Source: Clostridiales bacterium (GTDB taxonomy: Bacteria; Bacillota; Clostridia; Christensenellales; CAG-138). Taken from it: 64,000 nucleotides of DNA. Below the pieces are notes generated by a model. It worked only from the letters and a program-made list of their open reading frames with translations, did not search any database and was not told the DNA's origin. This document shows, one piece after another, positions 41,258 through 51,073 of this stretch. How positions within the stretch are numbered: the first letter of the stretch is position 1; every line of letters begins with the position of its first letter. The stretch lies in the NCBI GenBank assembly GCA_004554165.1, contig SFNQ01000007.1:1220-65219 (forward strand), written 5' to 3'. Position numbers and translations under genes: made by a program.

Positions 41258-42411
41258 TGAAGTCCGCCGGGCTGTACCTGCACATTCCATACTGCGTCAA
41301 AAAGTGCTCCTATTGCGACTTTGTCTCCTTTCCGTCCGCAGAGGGCGTTCCGGCCGACTACTGCGCGGCGCTCCTGACGGAGATCGCGCTGACCGCCGAA
41401 GCCCTGCCGGAGCGGGAGTATGCAACGCTGTTTTTCGGCGGCGGCACGCCCTCCCTTCTGAGCGGGGCGCAGATGACGGAGCTTCTCCGGGCACTTCGGC
41501 TGCATTTTCGCATCCGGCCGGACGCGGAGATTACGGTGGAGTGCAACCCGGGTACGGTCACGGAGGAAAAGCTGGCTGCCTACCGCGCCGCCGGGGTCAA
41601 CCGCATATCCGTGGGGCTCCAGTCCTCGGACGACGGTCTGCTCCGCGCCCTGGGCCGCATCCATGATTTCGCCGCTTTTGAGGATACGGTTCGCCTGCTC
41701 AGACAAACGGGGTTCCAAAACTTCAATGTGGACGTAATGCACGGTCTGCCCGGGCAGACCGGGGCGCAGTATCTCGATGCGCTCCGCCGCGCCATGGACA
41801 GCGGCGCAACGCACATCTCGGCCTATGGACTGATCCTTGAGGAGGGTACGCCGCTGTATCGCACGGTGCGCGCGGGCCGCGCCCTTCTGCCGGAGGAGGA
41901 CGAGACTGCGGATATGCAGGACGCGGGAATCGACCTGCTGGAACAAAACGGCTTTGCCCGATACGAGATTTCCAACTTCGCCAGAGCGGGCTTCTGCTGC
42001 CGCCACAATCTCAACTACTGGGCCAACGGCGAATATGTGGGCCTGGGCCTTGCGGCCCACTCGGCCATGCGTCAGGACGGCTGGACCCGCTGGTCGAACA
42101 CGGAGCAGCCCAGGACCTATCTCGCCCGGCTTCAGGCGCAGCGCAGGCCTCTGGCGGAAACCATGCGCCTGCCGCCCATTGAGGAGATGTTTGAAACCGT
42201 GATGCTGGGGCTTCGGACGGTGCGGGGCGTATCTCTCGCGGGATTTCAGGCGCGCTTTGGCGCGGCGCTGCCCGATGTCTACGGGGAGGCCGTCGGGGAA
42301 CTCAGGGACAGGGGCTGGCTCGACGAAAGCGCCCTCGTCGCAGGCTTTCTCGCCCTGAACCGCCGCGGGCTCGACCTGCAAAACGCGGCCCTGCAATACT
42401 TCCTTTCCTGA
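41257..42411 (+). CDS. hemW: Radical-SAM heme chaperone HemW (HemN-like)
   Basis: LYLHIPYCVKKCSYCDF motif. The ATG overlaps the lepA TGA by 1 nt. Confidence 0.9.
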
Positions 42412-42448
42412 ATTCACGGGATTGTCACATTTTTGTAATAGCGCTCGC

Positions 42449-42477
42449 TTGACTTTATGGCCCGCGAGTGTTATTTT
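42449..42477 (+). promoter_or_regulatory. Sigma-A-type promoter of the hrcA-grpE-dnaK-dnaJ operon
   Basis: TTGACT, 17-nt spacer, TATTTT. Located immediately upstream of CIRCE. Confidence 0.6.
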
Positions 42478-42488
42478 TTTCTTAGTGA

Positions 42489-42515
42489 TTAGCACTCGAC
42501 GAAACGGAGTGCTAA
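42489..42515. promoter_or_regulatory. CIRCE operator (HrcA binding site)
   Basis: TTAGCACTC-N9-GAGTGCTAA, a perfect match to the CIRCE consensus. Confidence 0.95.
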
Positions 42516-42541
42516 CAACATTCGGAAAGGTGGTGAAGAGC

Positions 42542-43579
42542 GTGGAGCTGGACGCAAGAAAGCTGCGGATTTTGCAGGCGATCATTGACGAGTATATCCT
42601 CTCGGCCGCGCCGGTGGGTTCGCGTTCGATCAGCCGTACCGCGGGCTTCAACCTTTCCAGCGCGACGATCCGCAACGAGATGGCGGATCTTGAGGAGATG
42701 GGCTTTCTTGAGCAGCCGCATACCTCCGCGGGCCGCATTCCGTCGGATAAGGCTTACCGCCTGTATGTGGACAGCATCATGAACCGTGCGCAGCTCAGCG
42801 AGGATGAGCTCCGCTATCTTCGCGCACACTGCGCCCAAAAGGTCGATGAGGTGGATGCGGCGCTCAAGCAGACCGCGCAGGCGCTGTCCAACATTACGCA
42901 GTATACGGCCATGGTGCTGCCGCCGGAGCTGGACAACGACCGCCTCCGGCATATCCAGCTCGTGCCGCTGATGGAGGGGAAGGCGCTGGTGGTGGTCGTA
43001 ACGGATACGGGCTTTGCCCGCGATGCGGTCATCCGTGTGGCGGATCGCATGACGACCACGGAGCTGGAGCAGATTTCGCGCCTTCTGACGGACCGGCTGC
43101 GGGGCTGCCGGATGGATCTGGTGAGCGAGCGCATCGCGGAGGAGCTCAACGAGGAGCTCTCCGGCAAGCGGAGCTTTTTGAACAACCTTGTGGATGCCAT
43201 AGCCCGAAAGATCGCGCCCAGTCCCCACGACGTTGAGCTGTCCGGCACGGGGAATATGCTGCACTATCCCGAGTACAGCGACCTGAACAAGGCGAGAAAT
43301 TTCCTCGCGGCGGTGGAAGGACGGGAGGCGCTCTACGGTATGCTGAAAAAGGCCAGCACGGTGGAGTTCACCTTTACCATTGGCGCGGAGAACGAGCATG
43401 AGCCGCTGCGCGATTGCAGCATTGTGACCGCAACCTACCGCATGGGAGACACGCCGGTGGGATCTCTGGGGATCATTGGCCCCACGCGCATGAACTACAG
43501 CAAGGTGATCTCTGTGCTGGAGTACATGCGCAGGAGCCTCAGCCAGGTTTTGACCAACTATATTGAGGAGGACAAATAG
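42542..43579 (+). CDS. hrcA: Heat-inducible transcription repressor HrcA
   Basis: ..LDARKLRILQAIIDEYILSAAPVGSRSI.. Start taken at GTG 42542, downstream of CIRCE and GAAAGGTGG (the track ORF starts at 42422). Confidence 0.9.
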   Translation: MELDARKLRILQAIIDEYILSAAPVGSRSISRTAGFNLSSATIRNEMADLEEMGFLEQPHTSAGRIPSDKAYRLYVDSIMNRAQLSEDELRYLRAHCAQKVDEVDAALKQTAQALSNITQYTAMVLPPELDNDRLRHIQLVPLMEGKALVVVVTDTGFARDAVIRVADRMTTTELEQISRLLTDRLRGCRMDLVSERIAEELNEELSGKRSFLNNLVDAIARKIAPSPHDVELSGTGNMLHYPEYSDLNKARNFLAAVEGREALYGMLKKASTVEFTFTIGAENEHEPLRDCSIVTATYRMGDTPVGSLGIIGPTRMNYSKVISVLEYMRRSLSQVLTNYIEEDK

Positions 43580-43581
43580 TC

Positions 43582-44211
43582 TTGTCGAAGAATAAAAAGG
43601 AGAAGCAGCCCGCTGTGGAAACCGCCGAAGCGGTGGAGGCGGGCATGGCGGCGGAGGAGGCCGCGGCGGCAGACACGCAGGCGGAAGGCGCCTCAGACGG
43701 GCAGGCGGAAGCTGCCTCGCAGCCGGAGCCGGAGAGCTACACGCTCACGGCGGAGGAATTCAAAACCGTGCAGGAGCACATTCAGACCCTGCAAAAGCAG
43801 AAGGATGAAACCGTGGCCCTGCTGCAGCGCAACCAGGCGGATTTTGACAACTTCCGCAGGCGCAACGCCTCCGTGCGCGCCGACAGTCTGGAGGAGGGCA
43901 AGCGCGAGTGCATCAAGGCGCTGCTGCCGGCGCTGGACAACTTTGACCGCGCGCTTCAGGCCGAGGGTGCGGGCGACGAGAGCTGGCGCGAGGGCGTCCG
44001 CCTTGTACACAGGCAGCTCATGGACAGTCTCCAAAAGCTGGGGCTTTCCGAGATCGAGGCGGAGGGCAAGTTCGACCCCAACGTTCACGAGGCCGTCATG
44101 CAGGAAAAGGCCGAGGGACGGGAGAGCGGCGATATTCTCGCGGTGCTCCAGAAGGGCTACCGCGTCGGCGAAAAGATCGTGCGTCATAGCATGGTCAAGG
44201 TTGCAGAATAA
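43582..44211 (+). CDS. grpE: Nucleotide exchange factor GrpE
   Basis: 209 aa with an acidic N-terminus, ..DNFRRR.. and ..HEAV... TTG start sits after GAGGAGG. Confidence 0.9.
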   Translation: MSKNKKEKQPAVETAEAVEAGMAAEEAAAADTQAEGASDGQAEAASQPEPESYTLTAEEFKTVQEHIQTLQKQKDETVALLQRNQADFDNFRRRNASVRADSLEEGKRECIKALLPALDNFDRALQAEGAGDESWREGVRLVHRQLMDSLQKLGLSEIEAEGKFDPNVHEAVMQEKAEGRESGDILAVLQKGYRVGEKIVRHSMVKVAE

Positions 44212-44250
44212 TAAAAGAAAGATTGAAGGATAAAACAGGAGGATACATTT

Positions 44251-46098
44251 ATGGGCAAAATCATCGGTATTGACTTGGGCACCACCAATTCCTGCGTAGC
44301 CATTCTGGAGGGCGGCCAGCCGGTCGTCATCCCCAACTCCGAAGGCGCGCGCACCACGCCCTCCGTCGTCGCGTTCAAGGACGGCGAGCGCATGGTCGGC
44401 ACCATCGCCAAGCGGCAGGCGATCACCAATCCCGAGCGCACGGTCTCCTCGATCAAGCGCGATATGGGATCCGACCGCAAGGTGCATATTGAAGGCAAGG
44501 ACTATACGCCGCAGGAGATTTCCGCAATGATCCTGCAAAAGCTCAAGCAGGAGGCGGAGAGCTATCTTGGCGAGACGGTTTCGCAGGCGGTCATCACGGT
44601 CCCGGCGTACTTCACCGACAGCCAGCGTCAGGCCACGAAGGACGCGGGCCGCATTGCGGGCCTTGAGGTGCTGCGCATCATCAACGAGCCTACGGCGGCG
44701 GCGCTTGCCTATGGCATGGATAAGGAGAACAACCAGAAGATCCTGGTGTATGACCTGGGCGGCGGCACCTTCGACGTGTCCATCCTCGAGATTGGCGACG
44801 GCGTGTTTGAGGTTCTTGCCACTGCGGGCAACAACCGGCTGGGCGGCGACGACTTTGACCAGCGCCTGATGGATTACATCGCGGACGATTTCAAAAAGAG
44901 CAGCGGCATCGACCTGCGCAACGACAAAATGGCCATGCAGCGGCTGAAGGAAGCCGCAGAGAAGGCGAAGATCGACCTGTCCGGCGTGGCGCAGACCAAC
45001 GTTAACCTGCCCTTCATCACCATGGACGCTTCCGGCCCGAAGCACCTGGATATCACGATTTCCCGGGCGAAGTTCAACGAGCTGATCGGCGATCTGATCG
45101 ACAAGACCCGCGTCTGCGTGGAAAAGGCCATGAGCGACGCCGGACTTTCCACCGCGCAGATCGACAAGGTCATCCTCGTTGGCGGCTCGTCCCGCATTCC
45201 CGAGGTGCAGGAGATGGTCAAGCGCATCACCGGCAAGGAGCCCTTCAAGGGCATTAACCCCGATGAATGCGTCGCCATCGGCGCGGCCATTCAGGGCGGC
45301 GTGCTGGGCGGCGAGGTCAAGGACATCCTGCTTCTGGACGTCACGCCCCTGTCCCTCGGCATTGAGACGGTGGGCGGCGTGTTCACCCGCCTCATCGACC
45401 GCAATACCACCATCCCGACCAAGAAGAGCCAGATTTTCTCCACTGCGGCAGACGGGCAGACCAGCGTTGAAGTGCATGTGCTGCAGGGCGAGCGCGAGAT
45501 GGCGCAGTACAACAAGACGCTGGGCCGCTTCCAGCTTGCGGGCATCGCGCCCGCGCCCCGCGGCGTGCCGCAGATCGAGGTCTCCTTCGATATCGACGCC
45601 AACGGCATCGTACACGTTTCCGCCAAGGACCTGGGAACCGGCAACGAGCAGCAGGTGACGATCACCGCTTCCAGCAATCTCTCCGAGGAGGAGATCAAGC
45701 GCGCTGTGGACGAGGCGGAAAAATTCGCCGGCGAGGACAAGAAGCGCAAGGAAGAGGTGGAAATTCGCAACCAGGCGGATCAGCTGGTCTACTCCACGGA
45801 AAAGAGCATGAAGGAACTGGGCGACAAGCTGGACCCGCAGGACAAGGAATTCATTGAGAACGGCCTTGCGGACCTCAAAAAGACGCTTGAGGGCGGCGAT
45901 GTCGAGATGATTAAGACCGCTACGGAGCGGCTCACCGAGGTGAGCTACAAGGCCTTCGGCAAGGTCTACCAGCAGCAGGCCCAGCAGCAGCAGGCCCAGC
46001 AGGCGGGCGGCGCGGACCCGGGCCAGCAGAGCTACGAGCAGCCGCCGCAGGACGACGTTGTGGACGCGGACTACGAGGTTGTTGACGACGACAAGTAA
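44251..46098 (+). CDS. dnaK: Molecular chaperone DnaK
   Basis: GIDLGTTNS.., DLGGGTFD.. Hsp70 signatures. Confidence 0.98.
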   Translation: MGKIIGIDLGTTNSCVAILEGGQPVVIPNSEGARTTPSVVAFKDGERMVGTIAKRQAITNPERTVSSIKRDMGSDRKVHIEGKDYTPQEISAMILQKLKQEAESYLGETVSQAVITVPAYFTDSQRQATKDAGRIAGLEVLRIINEPTAAALAYGMDKENNQKILVYDLGGGTFDVSILEIGDGVFEVLATAGNNRLGGDDFDQRLMDYIADDFKKSSGIDLRNDKMAMQRLKEAAEKAKIDLSGVAQTNVNLPFITMDASGPKHLDITISRAKFNELIGDLIDKTRVCVEKAMSDAGLSTAQIDKVILVGGSSRIPEVQEMVKRITGKEPFKGINPDECVAIGAAIQGGVLGGEVKDILLLDVTPLSLGIETVGGVFTRLIDRNTTIPTKKSQIFSTAADGQTSVEVHVLQGEREMAQYNKTLGRFQLAGIAPAPRGVPQIEVSFDIDANGIVHVSAKDLGTGNEQQVTITASSNLSEEEIKRAVDEAEKFAGEDKKRKEEVEIRNQADQLVYSTEKSMKELGDKLDPQDKEFIENGLADLKKTLEGGDVEMIKTATERLTEVSYKAFGKVYQQQAQQQQAQQAGGADPGQQSYEQPPQDDVVDADYEVVDDDK

Positions 46099-46137
46099 AC
46101 CCTGACGAAACAGGGAACACAGAGAAAACCAAGCCGG

Positions 46138-46160
46138 AGGCGCACAGGGCCTGTGCGCCT
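46138..46160 (+). terminator. Stem-loop between dnaK and dnaJ (partial terminator or processing site)
   Basis: AGGCGCACAG-GGC-CTGTGCGCCT, 10-bp stem, no strong T-run. Confidence 0.4.
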
Positions 46161-46183
46161 TCTGCCTGAAGGGGTGAGGGGTT

Positions 46184-47308
46184 TTGGCAGACAAGCGAGA
46201 TTATTATGAGGTGCTCGGCGTACAGAAAAACGCCACGGAGGCCGAGATCAAAAGCGCGTTCCGAAAGCAGGCCAAGTCCTGCCACCCGGACCTGCATCCG
46301 GGCGACAAGGAAGCGGAGGCGCGCTTTAAGGAGCTCAACGAGGCGGCCGAGGTGCTCTGCGATCCGGACAAACGCGCCAAGTACGACCAGTTTGGCCATG
46401 CGGCGTTCGACCCGTCCATGGGCGGGCAGAATCCCTTTGAGGGCGGCTTCGGCTTCGGCGGCTTTTCGGATATCTTTGACCAGATGTTCGGCGGCGGCTT
46501 TGGCGGGGCCGCGCGCTCGCACAATGGGCCGGTCCCGGGCAACGATCTGCGATATAACCTGACGCTGACCTTTGAGGAGGCGGCTTTCGGCGTTAAAAGG
46601 GAAATTCTGATTCCGCGGGAGGAGTCGTGTCCGGCCTGCGGCGGCAGCGGCGCAAAGCCCGGCACCGAACCGGCGCGCTGCACCACCTGCGGCGGCACGG
46701 GCACTGTGCGCACACAGCAGAATACCATCCTTGGCTCCTTTACCTCGACGCGGCCGTGCAGCGCCTGCAACGGTACGGGCAAGATCATCAAGGAGCCCTG
46801 CCAGGACTGCCGCGGCGCCGGGAGAATCCGAAAGAACACGCGCATCGTTGTCAACGTGCCGGCGGGCATCGACAACGGGCAGACCATCAGCATGCGCGGC
46901 GAGGGGGAGGCAGGCAGGCGCGGCGGTCCGCGGGGCGACCTGTTTGTGACGATCACCGTCCGGCCGCACAAGCTCTTCCGCAGAAAGGGCTACGATCTGT
47001 ACCTCGACATGCCCGTGAGCTATACAACGGCCGCGCTGGGCGGGGAGATCGTTGTGCCGACGCTGAACGGCAGCGTCAAGTACACGGTGCCGGCTGGCAC
47101 CCAGTCCGGCGCCACCTTCCGGCTGCGCGAGCAGGGCGTGCAGCGTCTGCAAAGCCAGGGAAAGGGCGATCTGTTTGTGACGGTGACGGTGGAAGTGCCC
47201 AAAAAGCTCACCGACGAGCAGCGGGAGCTGCTGGAAAAGCTGGCGGCGAGCTTTGGCGATGGGCAGACGAAGCACGCGAAGAAGAGCATCTTCAACAAGA
47301 AAAAGTAA
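46184..47308 (+). CDS. dnaJ: Co-chaperone DnaJ
   Basis: J-domain DYYEVLGV..HPD, G/F region, four CxxCxGxG repeats. Confidence 0.95.
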   Translation: MADKRDYYEVLGVQKNATEAEIKSAFRKQAKSCHPDLHPGDKEAEARFKELNEAAEVLCDPDKRAKYDQFGHAAFDPSMGGQNPFEGGFGFGGFSDIFDQMFGGGFGGAARSHNGPVPGNDLRYNLTLTFEEAAFGVKREILIPREESCPACGGSGAKPGTEPARCTTCGGTGTVRTQQNTILGSFTSTRPCSACNGTGKIIKEPCQDCRGAGRIRKNTRIVVNVPAGIDNGQTISMRGEGEAGRRGGPRGDLFVTITVRPHKLFRRKGYDLYLDMPVSYTTAALGGEIVVPTLNGSVKYTVPAGTQSGATFRLREQGVQRLQSQGKGDLFVTVTVEVPKKLTDEQRELLEKLAASFGDGQTKHAKKSIFNKKK

Positions 47309-47336
47309 GACCGGGAAGTTCCGGGCGGACAGAAAG

Positions 47337-47359
47337 GCGGGGGTTGCAGCCCCCGCTTT
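47337..47359 (+). terminator. Stem-loop after dnaJ (weak intrinsic terminator)
   Basis: GCGGGGG-loop-CCCCCGC followed by TTTA. Confidence 0.5.
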
Positions 47360-47620
47360 ACGCGTTAAAGGAATTGCCTGGTTTTTCTGGGGCGGCAGTC
47401 TTTTGCTGAAAAAGTCTGCTGCCTAATTTGTGTGAGAAAACCAGTTTTCCAACGGAACGCAGAGAATGGCGGAAGGAGCAAACGAAGACTTCGTTTTGTT
47501 TTAACGGGCGTGATGAGCTTTGCCCTTTGGCTCTTTGGGCATACCGCCCGAGAATATCAGAGGGGGTCTTAAGGAATCCGTGGGCTGGAAAAGAGGGGGA
47601 AAGCCATTTTGGAAGGGAAG

Positions 47621-47642
47621 GCGGAGGGCATTTGCGCTCCGC
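47621..47642. repeat. REP-like GC hairpin, family B (GCGGAGGGCATTTGCGCTCCGC)
   Basis: Reverse complement of 47856-47877 with one mismatch. Confidence 0.6.
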
Positions 47643-47854
47643 CTGTCCAGAAACGCCCTGGATTCTTGGTGGCCACGGCGGCCGGAGGCTTTGCCCGGGG
47701 CCAGCGGCAGGTACGCCAGATCCGTAAGGCGCTGCCTGCGGAGCAAGGCTTTCTCTGCTAAGGGCGGATGACCATGCCGCGGGCGCAAGCTGTCTGGCCG
47801 CCTCTCAAAAGCGCGAACAGGTAAGTGGTAGAATCCATGCTGCCAGCAGACAGA

Positions 47855-47882
47855 AGCGGAGCGCAAATGCGCTCCGCTTTTT
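47855..47882 (+). terminator. Strong plus-strand intrinsic terminator (family-B hairpin plus T5)
   Basis: AGCGGAGCGC-AAAT-GCGCTCCGCT followed by TTTT. On the minus strand only TT follows the hairpin. Confidence 0.6.
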
Positions 47883-47913
47883 GGACTTATGCTTTTTTTC
47901 GCAGCACCGATGC

Positions 47914-49602
47914 TCAGGCATCCTCCTCGCGGAACTTGAACTGCTCGATGAGCTGCTTCATCATGGAAGCCTGAGAGGAAAGTTCCTCGCTGGAAGCAGC
48001 GGCCTGCTCAGCGGTCGCGGAGTTGGTCTGGACGACGGTGGAGATCTGGTCGATGCCCATGCTGATCTGAGCAATCTGGTCGGCCTGCTCTTCCGAAGCG
48101 CTGGCAATGGTCTGAATCTTCTGGCTGACATCCTCCGCCTTGGTGACGACCATCTGCAGGGACTTGGCGGTTTCGTCTGCGACGCTCATGCCCTTATTGA
48201 CGGCGTTGACCGTGCTCTCGATCAGCGCGGTGGTATCCTTCGCTGCGTCGGCAGACTTGCCGGCGAGGTTGCGCACTTCGTCTGCGACGACTGCAAAGCC
48301 CTTGCCGGCAGTACCCGCGCGGGCTGCCTCGACGGCCGCGTTGAGCGCCAGAATGTTGGTCTGGAAGGCGATGTCGTCGATGGTCTTGATGATGTTGTTG
48401 ATCTTGTTCGAGGTGGCGCTGATCTCGTTCATGGCAGCCATGAGCTGCTGCATGTAACCGTTGCTCTCCTCCACAAGACGGCCCGCCTCGCCGGCCAGAT
48501 CGCTTGCCAGCACTGCGCTGTCAGCGTTGCTCTTGACGTTGCCGGTCATCTCGGCAATGGTTGCGGAGAGCTCTTCAACGGAGCTTGCCTGCTCGGTGGC
48601 GCCCTGCGCCAGCGCCTGCGAAGCGTGGGAGACCTGGTTGCTGCCAAGGTCGACCTGCTGCGCTGCGGTATTGATGTTGCTCAGGGTATGGCTGAGGTTG
48701 CGGTTGATGATGCGGACGGACTGGAGCACGGAACTCAGGGCGCCGACGTACAGGTTCTCGTCCTTGGTCCTGACGTCGAAGTTGCCGGAAGCCATTTCCT
48801 CCAGCAGGCGGCACTGATCGCTGATGACCTCCTTGAGGGTGCTCTGCGTGCTGCGCAGCGCGGCGCACATTACGCCAAGCTCGCTCTTGCTCTCATAGCT
48901 GCAGGGAACCTCAAAGTCGCCCTGGCTGAAGCCTGCCAGCGTATCGTGTACCTGGGAGACCGGAACCACAATGCTGCGGATGATCGCGAACGCAAAGACC
49001 ATAATGATCGCGGTGAGGGCGACCATGGCGGCGATCATGATAATGATGGTGATCCGGACGGTCCTGCTCTGCTGCGCAAGCGCGGCATCCTGCGCTGCAC
49101 TCAGATTGTTGTCGATTTCCTGCGCAATGTCGGCCATGGTATTGAGACGCGGGGTACATTCGTTCATCACAAGGCTTGCGGCCTTCTCGGCCTGGCCGGC
49201 GTAAACAGCCTCAAGAATGGGGGGGATCTGCTGGCCCCAGTCGTTGACCGCTGCGACGTAGTCTTCCACCCTGCTGTCGTTGAGCGGGTAGATGGAGCGC
49301 AGCTCCTTGAGGAGCGCATCCACCTCTTCAAGAACCTCATAGGACCGGGCTTCCAGCTGATCGTTGGCCGGATCATCGGGAATCAGCGCGATATCGCGGA
49401 CGTTGCGCGCCGCGATGTTGCAATCCAGACGGGTGGTGGTGATGATATCGTTGGAACGAACCTGACGGTCAATGATCGCCTCATAATTCTGCTCCTGCAC
49501 GTTCATCAGCACCAGAGTGACGACGATGAGCGCGACCGATACCAGAATGGTAATGCCAAATCCCAGTATCAAACTTGTCTTGATCTTCATGTTTTTGAGC
49601 AT
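47914..49602 (-). CDS. Methyl-accepting chemotaxis protein
   Basis: Two TM segments, HAMP, and a conserved signalling domain (..[19 protein letters not shown]..). Start is ATG 49602 after GGGAGGGG. Confidence 0.9.
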   Translation of the reverse strand: MLKNMKIKTSLILGFGITILVSVALIVVTLVLMNVQEQNYEAIIDRQVRSNDIITTTRLDCNIAARNVRDIALIPDDPANDQLEARSYEVLEEVDALLKELRSIYPLNDSRVEDYVAAVNDWGQQIPPILEAVYAGQAEKAASLVMNECTPRLNTMADIAQEIDNNLSAAQDAALAQQSRTVRITIIIMIAAMVALTAIIMVFAFAIIRSIVVPVSQVHDTLAGFSQGDFEVPCSYESKSELGVMCAALRSTQSTLKEVISDQCRLLEEMASGNFDVRTKDENLYVGALSSVLQSVRIINRNLSHTLSNINTAAQQVDLGSNQVSHASQALAQGATEQASSVEELSATIAEMTGNVKSNADSAVLASDLAGEAGRLVEESNGYMQQLMAAMNEISATSNKINNIIKTIDDIAFQTNILALNAAVEAARAGTAGKGFAVVADEVRNLAGKSADAAKDTTALIESTVNAVNKGMSVADETAKSLQMVVTKAEDVSQKIQTIASASEEQADQIAQISMGIDQISTVVQTNSATAEQAAASSEELSSQASMMKQLIEQFKFREEDA

Positions 49603-49683
49603 AGCAGCCCCTCCCATAATTATTTCATCATTGGGTTGTATTTCTGAAAGCAAGCCGGCGGCCGGGGCCGCAGCCTGCCAATT

Positions 49684-50205
49684 TCAGGCGCTCATCAGAA
49701 GCTGGATTTCATCCTGCCCCAGAAGCTTCGCCGGGTTGAGACACAAAACCACGGTCTCGCTGCCGTCCCCGGCGGGGAGACGGCCAATGCCGGTCAGACA
49801 GGCGCTGGAACAGGCTCCCTGTTCCGCCCCGGGAAGGGCGGACACGGCTTCCGGCGGAATGTCCAGCACCGCGTCCACATCGTCAACCATAAAGCCGACC
49901 TGGCAGGCTCCGACGCTGGCGATGATGATGCAGGTGCGCTCGGTCTCAACGCCCTCGGGCAGACGGAGCACCCGGCGCAGATCCACCAGCGGAACGATGT
50001 TGCCGCGGAGGTTGATCACACCCCTTGCACAGGAGGGGAAATGGGGTACCGCCGTAATCGGCTGCATGCGGACAATCTGCTCGGCCGCGGCGATGGAAAG
50101 GCCGTAGAGCTGTCCGTTCAGACGGAAGGTCAACCACTTTTCGCTGAGTTTTCCGGCGCAATCCTGCGGCGTTTCCGTTTTCCGGCTTAACGCTACCTGC
50201 TCCAT
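49684..50205 (-). CDS. cheW: Chemotaxis coupling protein CheW
   Basis: 173 aa, ..WLTFRLNGQLYGLSI..VINLRGNIVPLVDLR... Confidence 0.85.
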   Translation of the reverse strand: MEQVALSRKTETPQDCAGKLSEKWLTFRLNGQLYGLSIAAAEQIVRMQPITAVPHFPSCARGVINLRGNIVPLVDLRRVLRLPEGVETERTCIIIASVGACQVGFMVDDVDAVLDIPPEAVSALPGAEQGACSSACLTGIGRLPAGDGSETVVLCLNPAKLLGQDEIQLLMSA

Positions 50206-50888
50206 AATATGCGCTCCGTTCCCGGCCAAAATGCCCTGCAAAGGGGGGGATGGTTCCCGGCCTTTGCCGGCAGAGGATTGCCGCGTCCCGTGACAATAAC
50301 AAAAGGGCCTGCCGTATGGATGCCGAAAAAACGATTCTGGGTGACCGGCATTTGGATCAACAAAGGCCATTTTGCCAGCAGAACATGATTTTTGCTAATT
50401 ATATCATAAGCAGGAACAAAAAGCCAAATAATTTTGTAGAAATAATTTATTTTTTCCAAGAATTCCGAGGAAATTGTCACAGGCGGACCTTGGGGCCTCT
50501 GCCAAGCTCGGCTCAGTGCTGGCGGAATGTATCAAAAACCGCATGACGCATGCAGCGCAGGGTTCGTTCCGGCCGTGGGTCTGGGCGGTCTTTGACCCCG
50601 GGCAGAGAATTCGCGCCATACCCGAAAGCGGAACCTTGAAAAACGGGACCCTCCTGCGCATGGCAGGGCGCAGATGAAGCCCGGCTCCGCTTGGAATACG
50701 TCGGAGCAGCCGGTTCCTCTCCTGCGCCGTTTCGCTTTCGGAACCGAAAACACCGCGTGCAGAAGGGACCGGGCCGGGGAAACGCCAAACCGCAAAATGC
50801 CCGCTTTTTCGGGGCGGCTCCTTTTGGATGCTCCGGAAGAGCGCCGGCTGCCGGCAGCCGAACGGAGGGGCCGTCCGCAGGCGCGGAC

Positions 50889-50910
50889 AATGCGCAGCGC
50901 ATTTTTTTTT
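50889..50910 (+). terminator. Orphan plus-strand intrinsic terminator in an ORF-free gap
   Basis: AATGCG-CAG-CGCATT followed by a long T-run. Preceded by a second hairpin GTCCGC-AGGC-GCGGAC. Confidence 0.6.
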
Positions 50911-50913
50911 GCC

Positions 50914-50942
50914 TTGAAAAAACCCGCGGTCTCCTGTACACT
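50914..50942 (+). promoter_or_regulatory. Sigma-A-type promoter of the DUF1538/P-II operon
   Basis: TTGAAA, 17-nt spacer, TACACT. Confidence 0.5.
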
Positions 50943-51073
50943 GGTAACAACATGTAGCATATGCGAGGGACGCCATTCCATATATCTGGAACATATCAGG
51001 AGAAAGGAGCGAGCCTGCGCTGAGAAAGAACCGAACCATACTGCTCGAAAAACTGAAGGAATCGCTGGCCTCG

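Noticed and set aside
43693-46194. 833-aa minus-strand ORF
   Set aside because: Antisense to grpE/dnaK, with no domain signatures. A high-GC artefact.
47643-47855. Segment between the two family-B hairpins as another hairpin-duplicating insertion
   Set aside because: The two hairpins are related by inversion rather than as a direct repeat. The enclosed 213 bp has no terminal inverted repeats and no similarity to the structured element.
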